DNA of 64,000 bases from Octopus vulgaris (taxonomy: Eukaryota): assembly GCA_951406725.2 (NCBI GenBank), contig OX597815.1:137268001-137332000 (forward strand), written 5' to 3'. Below, in pieces: positions 15,055-30,462 of the stretch. The notes beneath the pieces are model-generated. The model worked only from the letters and a program-made list of their open reading frames with translations, made no database searches and was not told the DNA's origin. Position numbers and translations under genes: made by a program. Position 1 is the stretch's first letter; each line of letters starts with the position of its first letter.

Positions 15055-15057
15055 TTA

Positions 15058-15142
<85 letters not shown>

Positions 15143-15231
15143 CATTATTATTATTATCATTATTATTATTATCATCATTATTATCATCACCATCATCATC
15201 ATCATCATCATTATTATTATTATTATCATTG

Positions 15232-15287
<56 letters not shown>
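15055..15287. repeat. (ATT)n/(ATC)n trinucleotide tract
   Basis: Read directly. Forms the tail or target of the adjacent element. Confidence 0.97.
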
Positions 15288-15818
15288 GGGTGAGAGAGCA
15301 GTGCATGCCATCAAAGTGACACTGGGGTAAAATATACGAAGCCCAGTATACCCACCATGAGTACCAGTCTCATAAGGGTACACCAGGCACATGCATCACA
15401 ACCATATGTGCGCGACATGGTGATCTCATACCAAGATAAACAGCTCGTGACCTTGCAGTTGGGACGCAGTTAGAATTTTCTTCTAGTCGAGTAGCCCATC
15501 CCGCTCAAAAGGTCCCTGAGTAAGGATTGTTTAAGAATGTTGAACAAACCACCCATGTTTCCAAAGGTGAATTATCCAAACCTCTAAGAATTCCTTTCAA
15601 CACACGGCTATGATGCTGCCACTACTTCTGCTCGTGATCAGAAATGCACATATCGTCGGCCACTAAGGGATATGGTGACCTGGTTAAAGTCAAACAACTG
15701 ACAAGTAAATCTGTGGTATTGAGCAGAATATTTGCTGTAGCCCATATTTTATAGCAAGTCAAAGTAACGTACATGATAACACTTCCAATCAGTTAAATTC
15801 AGAAGCCATGAGAAACAC

Positions 15819-15820
<2 letters not shown>
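15288..15820 (-). mobile_element. ~560-bp non-coding element with (AAT)n tail, copy 1
   Basis: Highly similar to 27823-28226, 28296-28756 and 32707-33264. (ATT)n on both sides. Strand inferred from the tail. Confidence 0.85.
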
Positions 15821-15890
<70 letters not shown>

Positions 15891-16160
15891 TACTATTACT
15901 ATTATTATTATTATTATTATTATTATTGTTGTTGTTGTTGTTATTATTATTATTTAAAAGGCGGCAAGCTGGCAGCATAGTTAGCAGGTTGCACAAAATG
16001 TTTAACGGCATTTCGTCCATCCTTACTGTCTGAGTTCAAATTCTGCAGTTGTCGATTTTACCTTTCATCCTTTCAAGGGAAATAATGCAGGCAAGCTTTC
16101 ACGGTTCTAGCGTCATTCCTTCATAGTCAGCTCATGAACTTTTCAGCCCACCCATATATG

Positions 16161-16213
<53 letters not shown>

Positions 16214-16231
16214 TTTGTTTGTGTGTGTGTT

Positions 16232-16465
16232 ATCAAAAGAAGCAACAGGATATCAAGAGGTGATGCAGCACGACCGTTTCAAGCGACTCCATTTAATTGA
16301 ACAACGCAATCATTGTTCGATTAAATGGAATCGTTCGAAACGGTAGTACGGCATCACTTTTTGATATCCTGTTGCTTATTTTGATTTTATTCACCTTTGA
16401 GTTGTACGGATAATACCGCACCGATCAGGTGCTTCAACTTAGATATCTAATTCAACTGAACCTCA

Positions 16466-16472
<7 letters not shown>
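16232..16472. mobile_element. Fold-back element: ~72-bp imperfect arms plus one-sided extension
   Basis: atcaaaagaagcaacaggatatcaa...aattgaacaa / ttgttcgatt...ttgatatcctgttgcttattttgat, lying between (TG)n and (TA)n. Confidence 0.75.
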
Positions 16473-16518
<46 letters not shown>

Positions 16519-16652
16519 GACTGTATGTATATTACAATCGGTCATATCGTAAAAACAATATCTGATTCAATAATTTTAACATCTCGAGTTTACTGATCTC
16601 CTGTTTATGAGAATTTTTTAAAACTTTCATCAAGATCAACAAATATAAGTTT

Positions 16653-17057
16653 GAGTGGCTGTGTGGTAAGTAGCTTGCTTACGAACCACATGGTTCCGGG
16701 TTCAGTTCCACTGCGTGGCACCTTCGGCAAGTGTCTTCTATAGCCTCGGGCCGACCAAAGCCTTGTGAGTGGATTTGGTAGACGGAAACTGAAAGAAGCC
16801 CATCATATATATGTATATATATATGTGTGTGTATGTGTATATGTTTGTGTGTCTGTGTTTGTTCCCCCAACATCACTTGACAACCGATGCTGGTGTGTTT
16901 ACGTCCCTGTAACTTAGCGGTTCGGCAAAAGAGACCGATAGAATAAGTACTAGACTTACAAAGAATAAGTCCTGGGGTCGATTCACTCGACTAAAAAAGT
17001 GGTGCTCCAGTATGGCCACAGTCAAATGACTGAAACAAGTAAAAGAGTAAAAGAGTA
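16653..17057 (+). mobile_element. SINE family B (tRNA-derived head), near full length
   Basis: tggctgtgtggtaag (A-box-like), gggttcagttcc (B-box-like), internal (TA/TG)n, tail gtaaaaga repeats. Confidence 0.88.
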
Positions 17058-17770
17058 GGTGTTGATGTAGAATGGAGAAGCAACAGAAGCAATAAAACTA
17101 GACCCGATCCCATTCCAAGCAAAAGGTGAAACTAACGCGACAAATGGTGATACAATCACTATGCTGAAGAACACATTCGACATTGAGCTAAAAACTGGAA
17201 CGTGTACACAACTACATGAACAACAGCAATTTTGATTTAAACGGACGTAAACATCCCATCATCAGCTCCCACATCCTCTACGGGAAAATATTATGGTTTC
17301 GACACCCAGACGTGTGTGTGTCGAGTGAAATATATATGACATTTGATAGACCGTAACTTCATAGTTTGACTACAAGTAGTTTGACTAAGAAGCCACAGAC
17401 ATGCCGAAAATGTAAAGTCCATCTCATACACATGCATCCTCTTGCACACACATGCGCATGCACTTGTGTGTACGTATATGCATGTTGTATGTGTGTGTGA
17501 GAGTGTGTATGTGTGTTTGTGTGAAAATCTATTATATACACATGAGAACAAACAAGCATTAAACAGATATTAAGCTGGCGCTATTATTCACTGCTTTAAT
17601 TCAATGTAACAAACATGTGCAAGCCATTTAAATTATCAAAATCAGATAAGCAGGGCCACATATATTTTACTTTTCAGTCTAGAAGATGCTATATTCAAAT
17701 ATATAGATGTATACATATACCTAGACATATACATAAACATACACAGACGCGTGCACATACACACACACAC

Positions 17771-17849
<79 letters not shown>

Positions 17850-17940
17850 CAGAGAGAAAGACAGAGTCAGACAGAGAGACAAAGACATAGAGCGCGGTGA
17901 AGAGAGAAAGATTCACACAAAACACTAACAAATATATATA

Positions 17941-17976
<36 letters not shown>

Positions 17977-18483
17977 TGTATGTATGTATATGTATATATA
18001 TGACATAACCTTCCCAGATTGCAAGATTAAGTCGTTGGAGATACACTCAGCTTTGTGCATAAAAGCTGCAGTGTCACTTATTGACAGAGTAATGGGCGTT
18101 ACAAGAGAAGAAAGCAAGATTACGGAGTGCAAGTGATATAAATAAATTTGCGTATAACTAAACAGCAGAGAAGATAAATAATATGAAAATATTTCATATC
18201 AAAAATATTTTCGGTGTAAGCCGGTGAGGGGTGCAATGAGTAGGGAGCAGGCAAAATGTTTTGCAGTATTTTGTTACGTTACTTTTTGCAGTTAATTTTA
18301 CATGTCATCATTTCGTGGTAGATAACATAAGAATCGGCCATGTTGTACTTGCCTTTCCAGATAACTATCTAGACCCCTACTTTCCAAAAAATTCGTCATT
18401 TCGTGCCAATCTAAGAAAATATTATTGACCTGGTATTGTTTTTTGGGAAGAAAAAAAATTTACGAAAACAACTGTATAGCTAC

Positions 18484-18874
18484 TTTTCTACTCTAGGCAC
18501 AAGGCCCGAAATTCTCGGGGAGGGGGAGCCAGTCAATTAGATTGACCACAGTACGCAACAGGTACTTGATTTATCGACCCTGAAAGGCAGGGTCGACCTC
18601 GGCGGAATTTGAACTCAGAACGTAGCGGCAGACTAAATACCTATTTCTTTACTACCCACAAGGAGCTAAACACAGAGAGGACAAACAAAGACAGACAAAC
18701 GGATTAAGTCGATTACATCGACCCCAGTGCGCAACTGGTACTTAATTTATCGACCCCGAAAGGATGAAAGGCAAAGCTCACCTCGGCGGAATTTGAACTA
18801 AGAACGTAGCGGCAGACGAAATACCGGTAAGCATTTCGCCCAGCGTGCTAACGGTTCTGCTAGTTCGCTGCCTT
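18484..18874 (-). mobile_element. SINE family A with internally duplicated body
   Basis: Two copies of cctcggcggaatttgaact..aacgtagcggcagac. Confidence 0.88.
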
Positions 18875-19390
18875 TGAAACTGTATGGCAACTGACAGCAA
18901 AGAACCTTTCTCGAGAGACAAAACAGTGCAGACGTGGGCATTGCTGATAACAATTACCTCGTGCGGAAGGAATCTAGCCAGCAGCCGAGTGTATAATAAG
19001 GTTCGATTCATCACCTTGTTTTAAAATAAAAATTAGAGCGATTTGTCTTCCTGTGTCTGCTGATCTTAACAAAATAAAAAAAGAGGTTTATAGTAGGCGC
19101 TATTAAAAGCCTACGATTTCTTCTTCACGTATATCACGTCCTACATAAAGAGAAAGGCGGGGCTTTAAAGCATACCATTTCTGGGTGTCAGTAGTAAAAA
19201 TGGCATTGCTAAGTAACCCTACTTGAACTACGTAAATGTAGGCTGCAATAATACTTGGAAGTTGAAATTGTCTTGGTTGTCCGTGTAATTAAGGATATTG
19301 TGTGAGGAGACTCCGAATTACCTCAGGTGAGTGCACTATATTGTTAGTGCTATTCATTGCTATTTATCTACAGACATTCCTTTAATTGTA

Positions 19391-19634
19391 AAGGCGGCAA
19401 GACAGCAGAATCGTTAGGATGCGGGGTAAAATTCTTAACGGTATTTCGCCCGTCTTCACATTCTGAGTTCAAATTCAGCCGAAGTCGACTTTGCCTTTTA
19501 TCCTTTCGGGTCGATAAAATAAGTACCAATTTCGGTGTCGATAAACTAAGTACCAAGTTGAGGACTGAGGATCGATAAAATCGAATTCATTCTTCCCCTA
19601 AATTGCTGGCCTTGTACCAAAATTTGAAATCAAT
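19391..19634 (+). mobile_element. SINE family A
   Basis: Head and core as in other copies, with a short internal duplication of gtcgataaa.taagtacca. Confidence 0.85.
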
Positions 19635-20247
19635 GTGTCTTCATTTTTGATACCGCTTGTCTAATGTATAAAAATCCCCCAATGGTTTAAATATAATTTT
19701 TTGGTTTAATCTTAGCATTCCAGTCTTTGGAGAGTTGATAAAATAAGAACTAGTTAAGTTCTAGGGGTTATTTATCGGATGTGCACCTATTCTTTCTACA
19801 TGTTTGATTCTGAATCAAAGGTAAAAATAATTATTCAAAGTGCTTTTTCTCTTTCTTTTTTTTTTCTTTTTACTCACAAAACTGAAAATATTGTAGTCTA
19901 GTTAGTCGCTGCAACGATAAAATTATTAGGCAGATATTATGACTAAAACAAGAGAGAAAGAGAAAGAGAGAGTAGAGAGAGAAAGCGATAAAGAGAATCA
20001 ATGTGTGATTTTAATTAACAGTTGTAAATTGATAGTCATAATTTGGCGCGTGAAACCAACAGTCTCAGGCTTTTGGTGGTATTAGGTAACAAGACACAAC
20101 TTTACAGTAAGACTCGATCTAAAATCAAAACTATTCTCCTCCAGTTCCTGTCACTCTCGCTCTCTTTCTCTCACACACTCATACACTCACACTCTTTTTT
20201 CCTCTGGTAGTTTATTCTTTACTTTCTTTCCCCCTTCCCCAACTCTC

Positions 20248-20291
<44 letters not shown>

Positions 20292-20367
20292 CATATATAT
20301 GTATGTATTTATATATGTATTTAAATTATATATATATACATACATATTTATATACAAACATACTTTT

Positions 20368-20452
<85 letters not shown>

Positions 20453-20519
20453 GCTATATATGTCTACCTATCTTTCACGTCTTCGATTTGTTGTTTGTTT
20501 GACGCTATGTGGCAACCAT

Positions 20520-21960
20520 AATTAGACGTCCGGGCAACTGAGAATAAATATTTTACTGAGCCAACAAGTTTTTCTGTTTGTTTTCTTTTTCTGAATGATC
20601 GCTGAACCCAACCAGTCAGTTGCTTGAACATTATTCTTGTCTTTGTAATACACACACAGAGCGATGCATCATTACTCATATGACCACGTATCAATTGTGA
20701 CTCCATCACATCAAGTACAAGCTGTTACTTCAAGATTGCTAAATTCCTTGATTGTGGTCTGTTTTCTGATTCCAAACCTTTTGCGGGTTGAGAACGGACT
20801 GCTTCAAAGTTTCCTGAATTGAATTGCAAATTATTTTCTTCAGCTCATTTGAATATCACATTCTAACCAGTCTGTAGTTTTTAGTTTCGAGTTATCATCT
20901 GGATTCTTGTGTCATCCGTGTACCCAGTGTGAGTGGCTGTTTGTATGTCTAAGAACATATGTGAGAAAGCCACCAAAATAGTAGCAGTCCCGGTACAGTT
21001 TCCAAAGGGGCTCCGCATAGAATGGATGTCCCTTTGGAGAGAACAACCTCCGTTGCAACTCATGCAGCTATACTCAGAGTTCTCCAGTTATACTAAGGTC
21101 ACGTAGTTTGTAACTTCATCCCGCGATCAAACACTTCAAAGGATTTTGCAAAATATAGATTTATCACATCAACATTTATGGACGGGGCATATTCTACACT
21201 TTTTAGCATTTTGTGAAGTTTGCCACATGCAAGGAAGTTCTACAGTTATTTAACAAGAGCTTGCTTGCATGTTTTTCACAGAATCCCTGGGAAACCATCA
21301 GGGCCAGTTATGATTTCAATATGAATTTCAATTCAGTTATGATTTCAATGGTCGATATTACTTTTATATTGATGTAATCTATGATTGCCTCCTCCCTGTG
21401 TAATGTGCGATGTTCAAGAACTCATTTGCATATTTCTCAGTGGGGAAGTGAAAATACGTTGGAATTGTTTATTTTAGTATTTCACTTATCCTTCAAGGGT
21501 CTGCAATTGGTGAGCTATTTTCTTCAAACAAAAGCGTTATACTGTTACGCACCGAAGCGGACTCTGTTACAATTATTTAGAAGTCATCAGGATTCACTTA
21601 GAGTTACTTTAATGCCTCTTTCTTCCCACTCCTTTGCATGGGAGAAACTTGATTTTCGATGAAGTTGCCACTTTAAAGGGGACTCCTTGTTTTCATTAAG
21701 TCGTTTATTTAAACAATCTGAGATCATTCTTCATCCCATAAGGACTCACCTGTATCTAGAAATAATGTTCTTGAGTGTATTGTCTCTTTGAGACAAATAT
21801 AATGCACGTGGCTTGCATTACTGACATAAGTTTTTTAATTTTCCTATTATTGTCTTTTAAAGAAAAACTTTTGGGCCAGTTTTGCTTCAGTATCTTCCGT
21901 TTCGAATCGGTTTCCAGTCAGCTTTGTAGATGTTCAGCCTGAATAGTGTTTTCAGGTGTT
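20520..21960 (-). mobile_element. Degenerate CR1-group LINE RT
   Basis: Minus strand, in the expected order: NVDVINLYFAKS..FD (~21170), GAPLETVPGLLLF (~21000, decayed GVPQGTVLGPLLF) and YTDDTRI (~20915). Confidence 0.65.
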
Positions 21961-22746
21961 TCATATTTGACATACACATAAGAGATAAAAGGAGCCCGAG
22001 GTGAGCAATTTGTCCCTGTTGTCGCATGCACGGCCATTAATTTCGTTAAAGTTCTCATGCGTGAAAGAAACATGATGAATATAGGAGAGTGAGTCATAGA
22101 TTTGGTTCTACAGAGGCCGTACTTGTGATCATTAAGGAGAGGATGAGTGCCAAAATGTTTTCTTTATATTATAGTGTATAATGGACAACTTCAAAAGCTC
22201 TTAGTTTGCCAGAATAGCAAAATAGTTTTAATAGGGATCTCAAAATAATTAAAAGGTAAGACAGAGACAAAGAGAAGTGTAGGAGGTTCACAAGTTGTTG
22301 TAGAAAATCATAGATTGATTGACAGCAGGTACTCAGAAATACAGATAGCCGAAAAATTAACTACGTTAGACAGAGGGGGGTAAATGCAAGCATGTTTAAA
22401 TGGACAAAAGACAAGTGAAGATACTCATTGAAATTTATAGGCATAAAGAAGTACAGACAGATTCATTCGCAGTTAAATAAGCAGACAGACAGTGACAGAC
22501 TATAAAAGAAAAATGAAACGCTGTGAGATAAGATAGTTACAATTTATTGGTATAGACCTAGAGATAGTTAGAATAAATGGCGGGGGGTGCATAACGACAG
22601 AGCAGTAGTAATCAGATGGACTGAGGTATGACGAGAAAATGGATTACTTGTGCTTTAATGGCCTTTTTAACGCTATTATATACTATACAATAGACTTAAA
22701 GATTCTTTTAAAAAGAATACTGTACGTGCAGACAGTGGTATACACA

Positions 22747-22823
<77 letters not shown>

Positions 22824-23978
22824 GATGAGAAAACCGGATCAGCTCCGAAATCCTTTCAGTCTTATGTTACGATCTTTATCATCTGAGTATATTCTGTAAA
22901 TGTCAACGGAATTAATTAAGGTGAATGCTCAGAACAACTTAAAGACCCACTTTTATACTAAAATGTTCGATGTAAAGTGGATGGACTAATTCGCATGCAT
23001 ATTGTATACTTGGCAGATGGATGTCTTGTTTCAATGCTATAATTTACTGCAGAATACATCCATAGATTTTCAGTCAACTCTGTATTTATAAACAGATGTA
23101 AACACGTTGTCTGTATAAACGATATCTTCATGGACAGTGAAAGATGGATCAGTTGAACTAGATGCAATCCTACATTAAAATTTCATCAGCGACTGCGTAG
23201 ACTCTAACTGACAATTGAAATACTGCTTATAAACCCACTATTACTAAGAGATTAAACTGGATAGACCAGTTTGCATACATCATGCGTTATTGGTAGCTAA
23301 TTTGGTTTATAAATTACTGGTGCTTCAAATCTGTTTCTAAGTACTATGTCTGTCAAGGTACTCAGTTTAAAATGAAATCCTTGAACGGGACTGAAATTAC
23401 ACCCACAGACACAACATTTCTCCGTCTATGATAATACATTGACACGATGTTTACATTTGTCTCTGCATGCAGTGTTGGCCAAAAATATTTAAGTCTACTC
23501 TATAGTGCACTTAAGAGTGTTAATAATAAAAAGGGAGAGAAAAACAGAGGTACCGATAGAGTTGGAGTTAGAAATTTGTAAGTCACGATTTCTTGTATAA
23601 AATGTATAAAATAAGAGAGCGTGCTAGCTCATCTATTGAACTAGTCAAAAATCAACGAGTCAAAAAAAGAGGCAAAGTCACAGTGACAGTGAAGGAAATA
23701 AAGGAAAATAGAAAATAGGCCAGAATGAGATGATAAATCATAGAGAAAGGAACATTGAGATAGAGAGAGGAAAAGATAGTAAGGCAAAAGAAAACGTAGA
23801 TAAAAAATTGTTGATAGTTGCAAGAGTAAGCAAAGTAGAGCGAGAGAAAGAATAAGAGAAGGGACAGAAAGGTTAAATTGGTGTATGTATATACATGTGT
23901 GTGTATGTATATGTATGCATATATAATATATATATATATGTATGTATGTATATATATATACATGTATATATATATGTA

Positions 23979-24034
<56 letters not shown>

Positions 24035-24499
24035 TACATGTATGTATGCATGTATGTATATGAATTAAGAGGTAATAAATCTATAGAAACAGAAAGATGG
24101 AGAGACTGAGTTCAACAGAGACGAGGTAAATGAGGAGGGAAACAGGCATTGAAGACAGCGAGACAGATAAAACAGCATCAAATGGTATTTTTATTGAATT
24201 AAATGTTTTTTTGATTATTCCTAGCATTCTGAATTCAAACGCGTTATTTATATTCACCCATCACATCTAGATTTACACTCATGGGGATATAGAGAGAGAC
24301 CATATATAATAATATATTACTGGACAATTTTTTTTTAAATATCACATCTAAATTTAAAATTATCATAATGCATCCATTATTTAAAGCGTATTATTTATCT
24401 ATGTAATATATAATATATATTTATTTTCGTTAATACATTATATTACTAAAATATTTTATTTTATGAGATTTCAAGGAAAAATCTAAATCAACTTGCAAG

Positions 24500-25400
24500 A
24501 AACAACATTTGCATAATATTATCGTTATAGTAAAAGTTTATGGAATACTTTAACAAGGAAAACCCATTCATTCCGTGCAAAAATATCAAAGACCCAATTC
24601 AACAAAGCAAAATCCCATACAAAACAGATTATTAAAAATTAAATGTTTATTGATTTTCCAAAGAGAATTATGAAAAGTATGAAAACTGTGTTATTGTATA
24701 ATCGACAGTTTATACCATTTTCTATATCTATGTAATAATCATTTTCTATATCTGTATAACATTCTACAAAGTTGTCTGAAACAAATGAGTTCCATGAAAA
24801 CTCATACTAAAATGGTAAACTTCTATGAGCACAGCCGTTTGACCTTTTTTAACGATTCTACCCATAATTATTCTTCAGGGCAATTTGTACAAAATGCTCG
24901 TATTGTCTAATTCGATGGAATAACAGGGCTTGCCTATGATAATTTTATACAATAAAAAGCTGGCTATTGAAAAATAAGATTTTATAAGGACTTTAAAATA
25001 TCATAACAAATTCTTTTTGTTAAAACGAATTCCTTTACCAACATTATATATCAACTTGCAAGTCGACAAAGACGAGGAGCAATCAATAACTTCTCCACGC
25101 ATTTCCAACAGAAACTGAAGTAAAATGATATTAACATAGCATTTTTGTTTGTATCAGTTTAAAAAATTAACAAACGATAACTATTTTGTGAAAAATATAT
25201 GTGATGTCGACAACTTTTTAGATGTGTTAATTGAAACTTTCCTAGTTATTTAAAATCTCCAGATTCAAAAAAAAAATTATAAGATAAAAAATATGATTGA
25301 TACATTCCATCAAACTAAATGTGGGTGTGGGATACGTGATGCAAACAAAATTGTAAAGTCGTTGAAATATTATGTTAATGATATGTGAGTTAATAGAAAT
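24500..25400 (+). mobile_element. Highly decayed Penelope-like RT
   Basis: IDSLY (24701), SMSTAV*P (~24822, cf. AMGTxxAP) and NFLDVLI (~25212) in the expected order. Many stops and imperfect spacing. Confidence 0.4.
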
Positions 25401-25900
25401 ATACGAGGCAATGAAGGTTTCGCATTATGATTCTTGTTTAGTAGGCTTCTTGGTTAAGCAAACTTATTATCAAACGTATACGAAAGATGGGTGTCTTGTA
25501 TTTTTCCATGGATAGTGTACGACGGACTACATAAGCAAATGTATTCACTGTTTTAAAATGCTTACATTCGACTGCAGTATTATATTACAGATGTATATGG
25601 ATGTATTTAGTAAATAAAGGAAAACAAGCACGAGAAAGGATAAAATAAATAAACAAAAATAGAAAGGAAGTATCAGAACGGAAAAAACACAAAAAAACAA
25701 AAAGTCACGTTATATCGTTTAACTGCTAATTCTGTGATATATTCTGTGATATTATATATTTCTATATTATATCTATATATATATAGATATAATATACACA
25801 TGCATATACATATAGATATGTGTGCGTGAGTGTGTGTGTGTGCATATGTGTATATAAGATATATATTATATATATATACACATATATATGGAAAGAAGAG

Positions 25901-25944
<44 letters not shown>

Positions 25945-26105
25945 GTATAACACACACACACACATATCTATATATATATATGTACAAACATGCATACAGA
26001 TGCAAAAAATATGTACGTACATCTGTACCCATATATTTATATGCATATATATATATATATATATAGACCCATATATATATAGACCCATATATATACATAT
26101 ACATA

Positions 26106-26571
<466 letters not shown>

Positions 26572-26938
26572 TATATACATATATATATATATGTATATAT
26601 ATACACGCACCATATACACACACGTAAACACAGAAACTTGACCTCCACTAAAACGCATTGACGTTCGCCCACTCTAATAATCACCCATACTCTCCCACAT
26701 AATTCTACGAAAGCACATTGCCCAAGATCTTCCAAGAACTGCACTCACAGCCACTCTATATGCATCTACCCACGTACACAAGCAGTTCTTAGTTTACACG
26801 ATTACAGGAAGGCATGCATGCATACGTAAACATCAATGCAAAATCTTGCCAACGTACTCATTCATCTAGACACTTTTAGCAAAACAAATTGCCACATACA
26901 CATGTAAACATGCATGTGTGTAAGTATATGTATGTATG

Positions 26939-27001
<63 letters not shown>

Positions 27002-27020
27002 ATATCTCTCTCTTTCTTTC

Positions 27021-27052
<32 letters not shown>

Positions 27053-27339
27053 CACAAACTGACAAGCAAACAGAGGCAGAGAGAAAGACACAAAAGCCTA
27101 CTCAGTTCAACATTCGCTCCTAACTCCACCCAGCACTATATACAAACACATATTAACATATTAACACGCATATATTCACGCATGGACACACCCACATAAA
27201 CCAAACTCCCCCCACAAATCTATAAGAACATGCTGCATACACACATACACACACACACACATATACTTAGACACAGCGTAACATTTAAACACTTGCTTAC
27301 TATTTTTATACTAGTCTTTAATATTTTACAATATATCTT

Positions 27340-27552
27340 TTTATTGCTTCAATCATTAGACTGCGACCATACTTAAGCACCGCCTTGAAGAATTTGTAAA
27401 CGAACAAATCGACGCCAGGACTTTATATTTTAAGCCTGGTACTTATTCTGTCGAGCTTCTAATTTACGGGAACTTAAACAAACCAACACCGGTTGGCAAG
27501 CAGCGATGGCACACACACACATATACACACACATACACACACATACACACAC

Positions 27553-27602
<50 letters not shown>

Positions 27603-27735
27603 CGCGACGGACTTCTTTCAGTTTCCGTCTGTCAAATCCACTTTGGTCCGCCCGAGACTATAATAGAAGACACTAACCTAAGGTGCTACGCATCAGGGCT
27701 AAATCCGGAACCATGTGGCTGGGAATCACGCCTTC
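27340..27735 (-). mobile_element. SINE family B, diverged
   Basis: Reverse complement of the head and tail seen at 16653-17057. Confidence 0.75.
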
Positions 27736-27822
27736 ACCTCTTTTTACAATTTTCTACCACAGCTGCACTACCTTCACTTATTTTTACTGCATTTTGCATT
27801 TGGTTATTTGTACCATGTAATT

Positions 27823-28756
27823 GCACATGACCTTGCAGGTGGGGCCCAGTTAGAATGTTCTTCTTGTCGAGTAACCAATCCCACTCAAAAGGTCTCTGAA
27901 TAAGGGTTGTTTAAGGATGTTGAACAAAACACCAATGTTTCCAAAGGTGAATTATTCAAACCCCAAAGAATCCCTCTCAACACATGGCGATGATGCTCCT
28001 CCATTACTTCTGCTTGTGATCAGAGATGAACATATCTTCAGCCACTAAGGGACATGCTCAACTGGTTAAGGTCAAACAACTGACAAGCAAATCTGTGGTA
28101 TTCAGCAGAATATTTGCTGTAGCCCATCTTTTATACCAAGACAAAACAATGTACATGGATAACACTTCCAATCAGTTGAGATCAGAAGCCATGAGAGCCA
28201 CTGCCTGGTACTGCATCTGGTCATTTATTATTATTATTATTAGTAGTATTATTATTATTGTTGTCGTTGTTGTTGTTATTATTATTATTATTATTGAGTG
28301 AGGGAGCAGTGCATGCCATCAAAGTAACACTGGGGTAAAATATACTCATCATGACTACCCGTTTGATAAGGATACACTAGGCACATACATCGCAACCATA
28401 TGTGCGCGACATGGTGATCTCATATCAAGATAAACAGCGCATGACCTTGCAGGTGGGGCCCAGTTAGAATTTTCTTGTGGTCGAGTAAACCATCCCGCTC
28501 AAAAAGTTCCTGAATAAGGGTTGTTTAAGGATGTTGAACGAACCACCCATGTTTTCAGAGGTGAGTTATTCAAACCCCAAAGAATCCCTCTCAACACATG
28601 GCTATGATGCTCCCATAATACTTCTGCTCGTGATCAGAGATGCACATATCGTCAGCCACTAAGGGACATGCTTAACTGGTTAAAGTCAAACAACTGACAA
28701 GTAAATCTGTGGTATTGAGCAGAATATTTACTGTAGCTATCTTTTATATCAAGACA
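27823..28756 (-). mobile_element. Two partial tandem copies of the ~560-bp (AAT)n-tailed element
   Basis: 27823-28226 and 28296-28756, separated by (ATT)n. Both match 32707-33264. Confidence 0.85.
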
Positions 28757-28817
28757 TTATTATAATTCTATGTTTGACTTTTGCTTTATATTAGTACAAG
28801 TTGGCTTCTTATCATCA

Positions 28818-28900
<83 letters not shown>

Positions 28901-28904
28901 TATT

Positions 28905-29433
28905 GTTGTTATTGTTATTGTTGTTGTCTTTGCACAGCTTCTAACGCTTCAGATGTACTACAGTGTCAGCTGTTCACTAACAGTGAACTAAGGTAACACC
29001 TCTTATTTTTCGAGCACCTTCCTGAGTGTTCGAGCGGTTCCAAGCAGTGCTGTGTTCTGCAAGTGCTCCATCCTTATTGCAGCCCCTATTTGTTCGTACT
29101 TCTCGAGATTTTTGCTCACTGTTCTCAGGGCTCCGACAATTATTGGTACTACTGCTACCTTTTTCATCGACCACAACTGCTTAACTTCCCAAGCTAACCT
29201 GTCATATCTCTCGACTTTTCTTTCTTCCTTATCGCATACCTTGTTGTCAGCGGGGCATGCTATGTCTATGATGCCGCGTAGTTTGTTTCCTTTCTTAATT
29301 AAGACTATGTCCAGTTTCCTATTCTCAATCTCATGGTCGCACTGAATCATGAAAACCCATAGTATCTTTGCATTTTCGAGAATGCCTTCAGGTTTGTAGT
29401 CGTACCAATTGTTTGCTCTGTCAAGTCCATACT
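28905..29433 (-). mobile_element. Dong/R4 LINE 3' end (REL endonuclease plus 3' UTR)
   Basis: ORF 29003-29350 has RKLDIVLI..IIDIACP..EERKVERY..VVPIIVGAL..LQNTALLGTA. 3' side runs into (AAT)n, 5' side into (CTA)n. Confidence 0.88.
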
Positions 29434-29434
29434 T

Positions 29435-29492
<58 letters not shown>

Positions 29493-29525
29493 CAGCAGCA
29501 GCAGCAGTAGTAGTATTAGTATTAT

Positions 29526-29574
<49 letters not shown>

Positions 29575-29575
<1 letters not shown>

Positions 29576-29788
29576 AGGCGGCGAGCTGTCAATATCGTTA
29601 GCACGCCCGCGAAATGCTTAGCGCAATTTCGTCTGACGCTACGTTCTGAGTTCAAATTCCGCCGAGGTCGACTGTGCCCTTCGTCCTTTCGAGGTCGATT
29701 AAATAAGTACCAGTTACGCACTGGGGTTGATGTAATCGACTTAATCCCTTCCCCCAAAATTTGAAGCCTTGTCCTTCCAGTAAAAAGT
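29575..29788 (+). mobile_element. SINE family A
   Basis: Head and core motifs. Confidence 0.88.
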
Positions 29789-29847
<59 letters not shown>

Positions 29848-29952
29848 GGTGGCGAGCCTGATGTCAGGACAGCCGTGTATTTCTGTGGTTTCCACGAACA
29901 GTCCTAACAATTTGAAGCCTTGTGCTTCCAGTAAAAAATATTATTATTATCA

Positions 29953-30057
<105 letters not shown>

Positions 30058-30276
30058 AGGTGGCGAGCCTGATGTCAGGACAGCCGTGTATTTGTGTGGT
30101 TTCCACGAACAGTCCTAGGAGATTTCTCTCTTTTGGGGGAATTTTGTTGTTATATTCCATTGTCTTTCACTGTTTACACGTCGTTCATGTAATCCCATAT
30201 ACTGCTTGTCTTGTGCTGTCCACAATGGGTTTTTTTTTAATGTAAACCCTTTGTGGTTAATAAAGAAATTATTATT

Positions 30277-30462
30277 AAGGCGGCGAGCTGACAAAATCGT
30301 TAGCACACCGGGAGAAATGCTTAGCGATATTTCGTCTGTCGCTACGTTCTGAGTTCAAATTCCGCCGAGGTCGACTTTGCATTTCATTCTTTCGGGGTTG
30401 AGCATGTAATCGACTCATCTCCTTCCCTAAAACTGCTGTCCTTGTGACAAAATTTGAAACCA
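30277..30462 (+). mobile_element. SINE family A, followed by a SINE B head on the minus strand (30480-30612)
   Basis: Head and core motifs. Confidence 0.85.
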
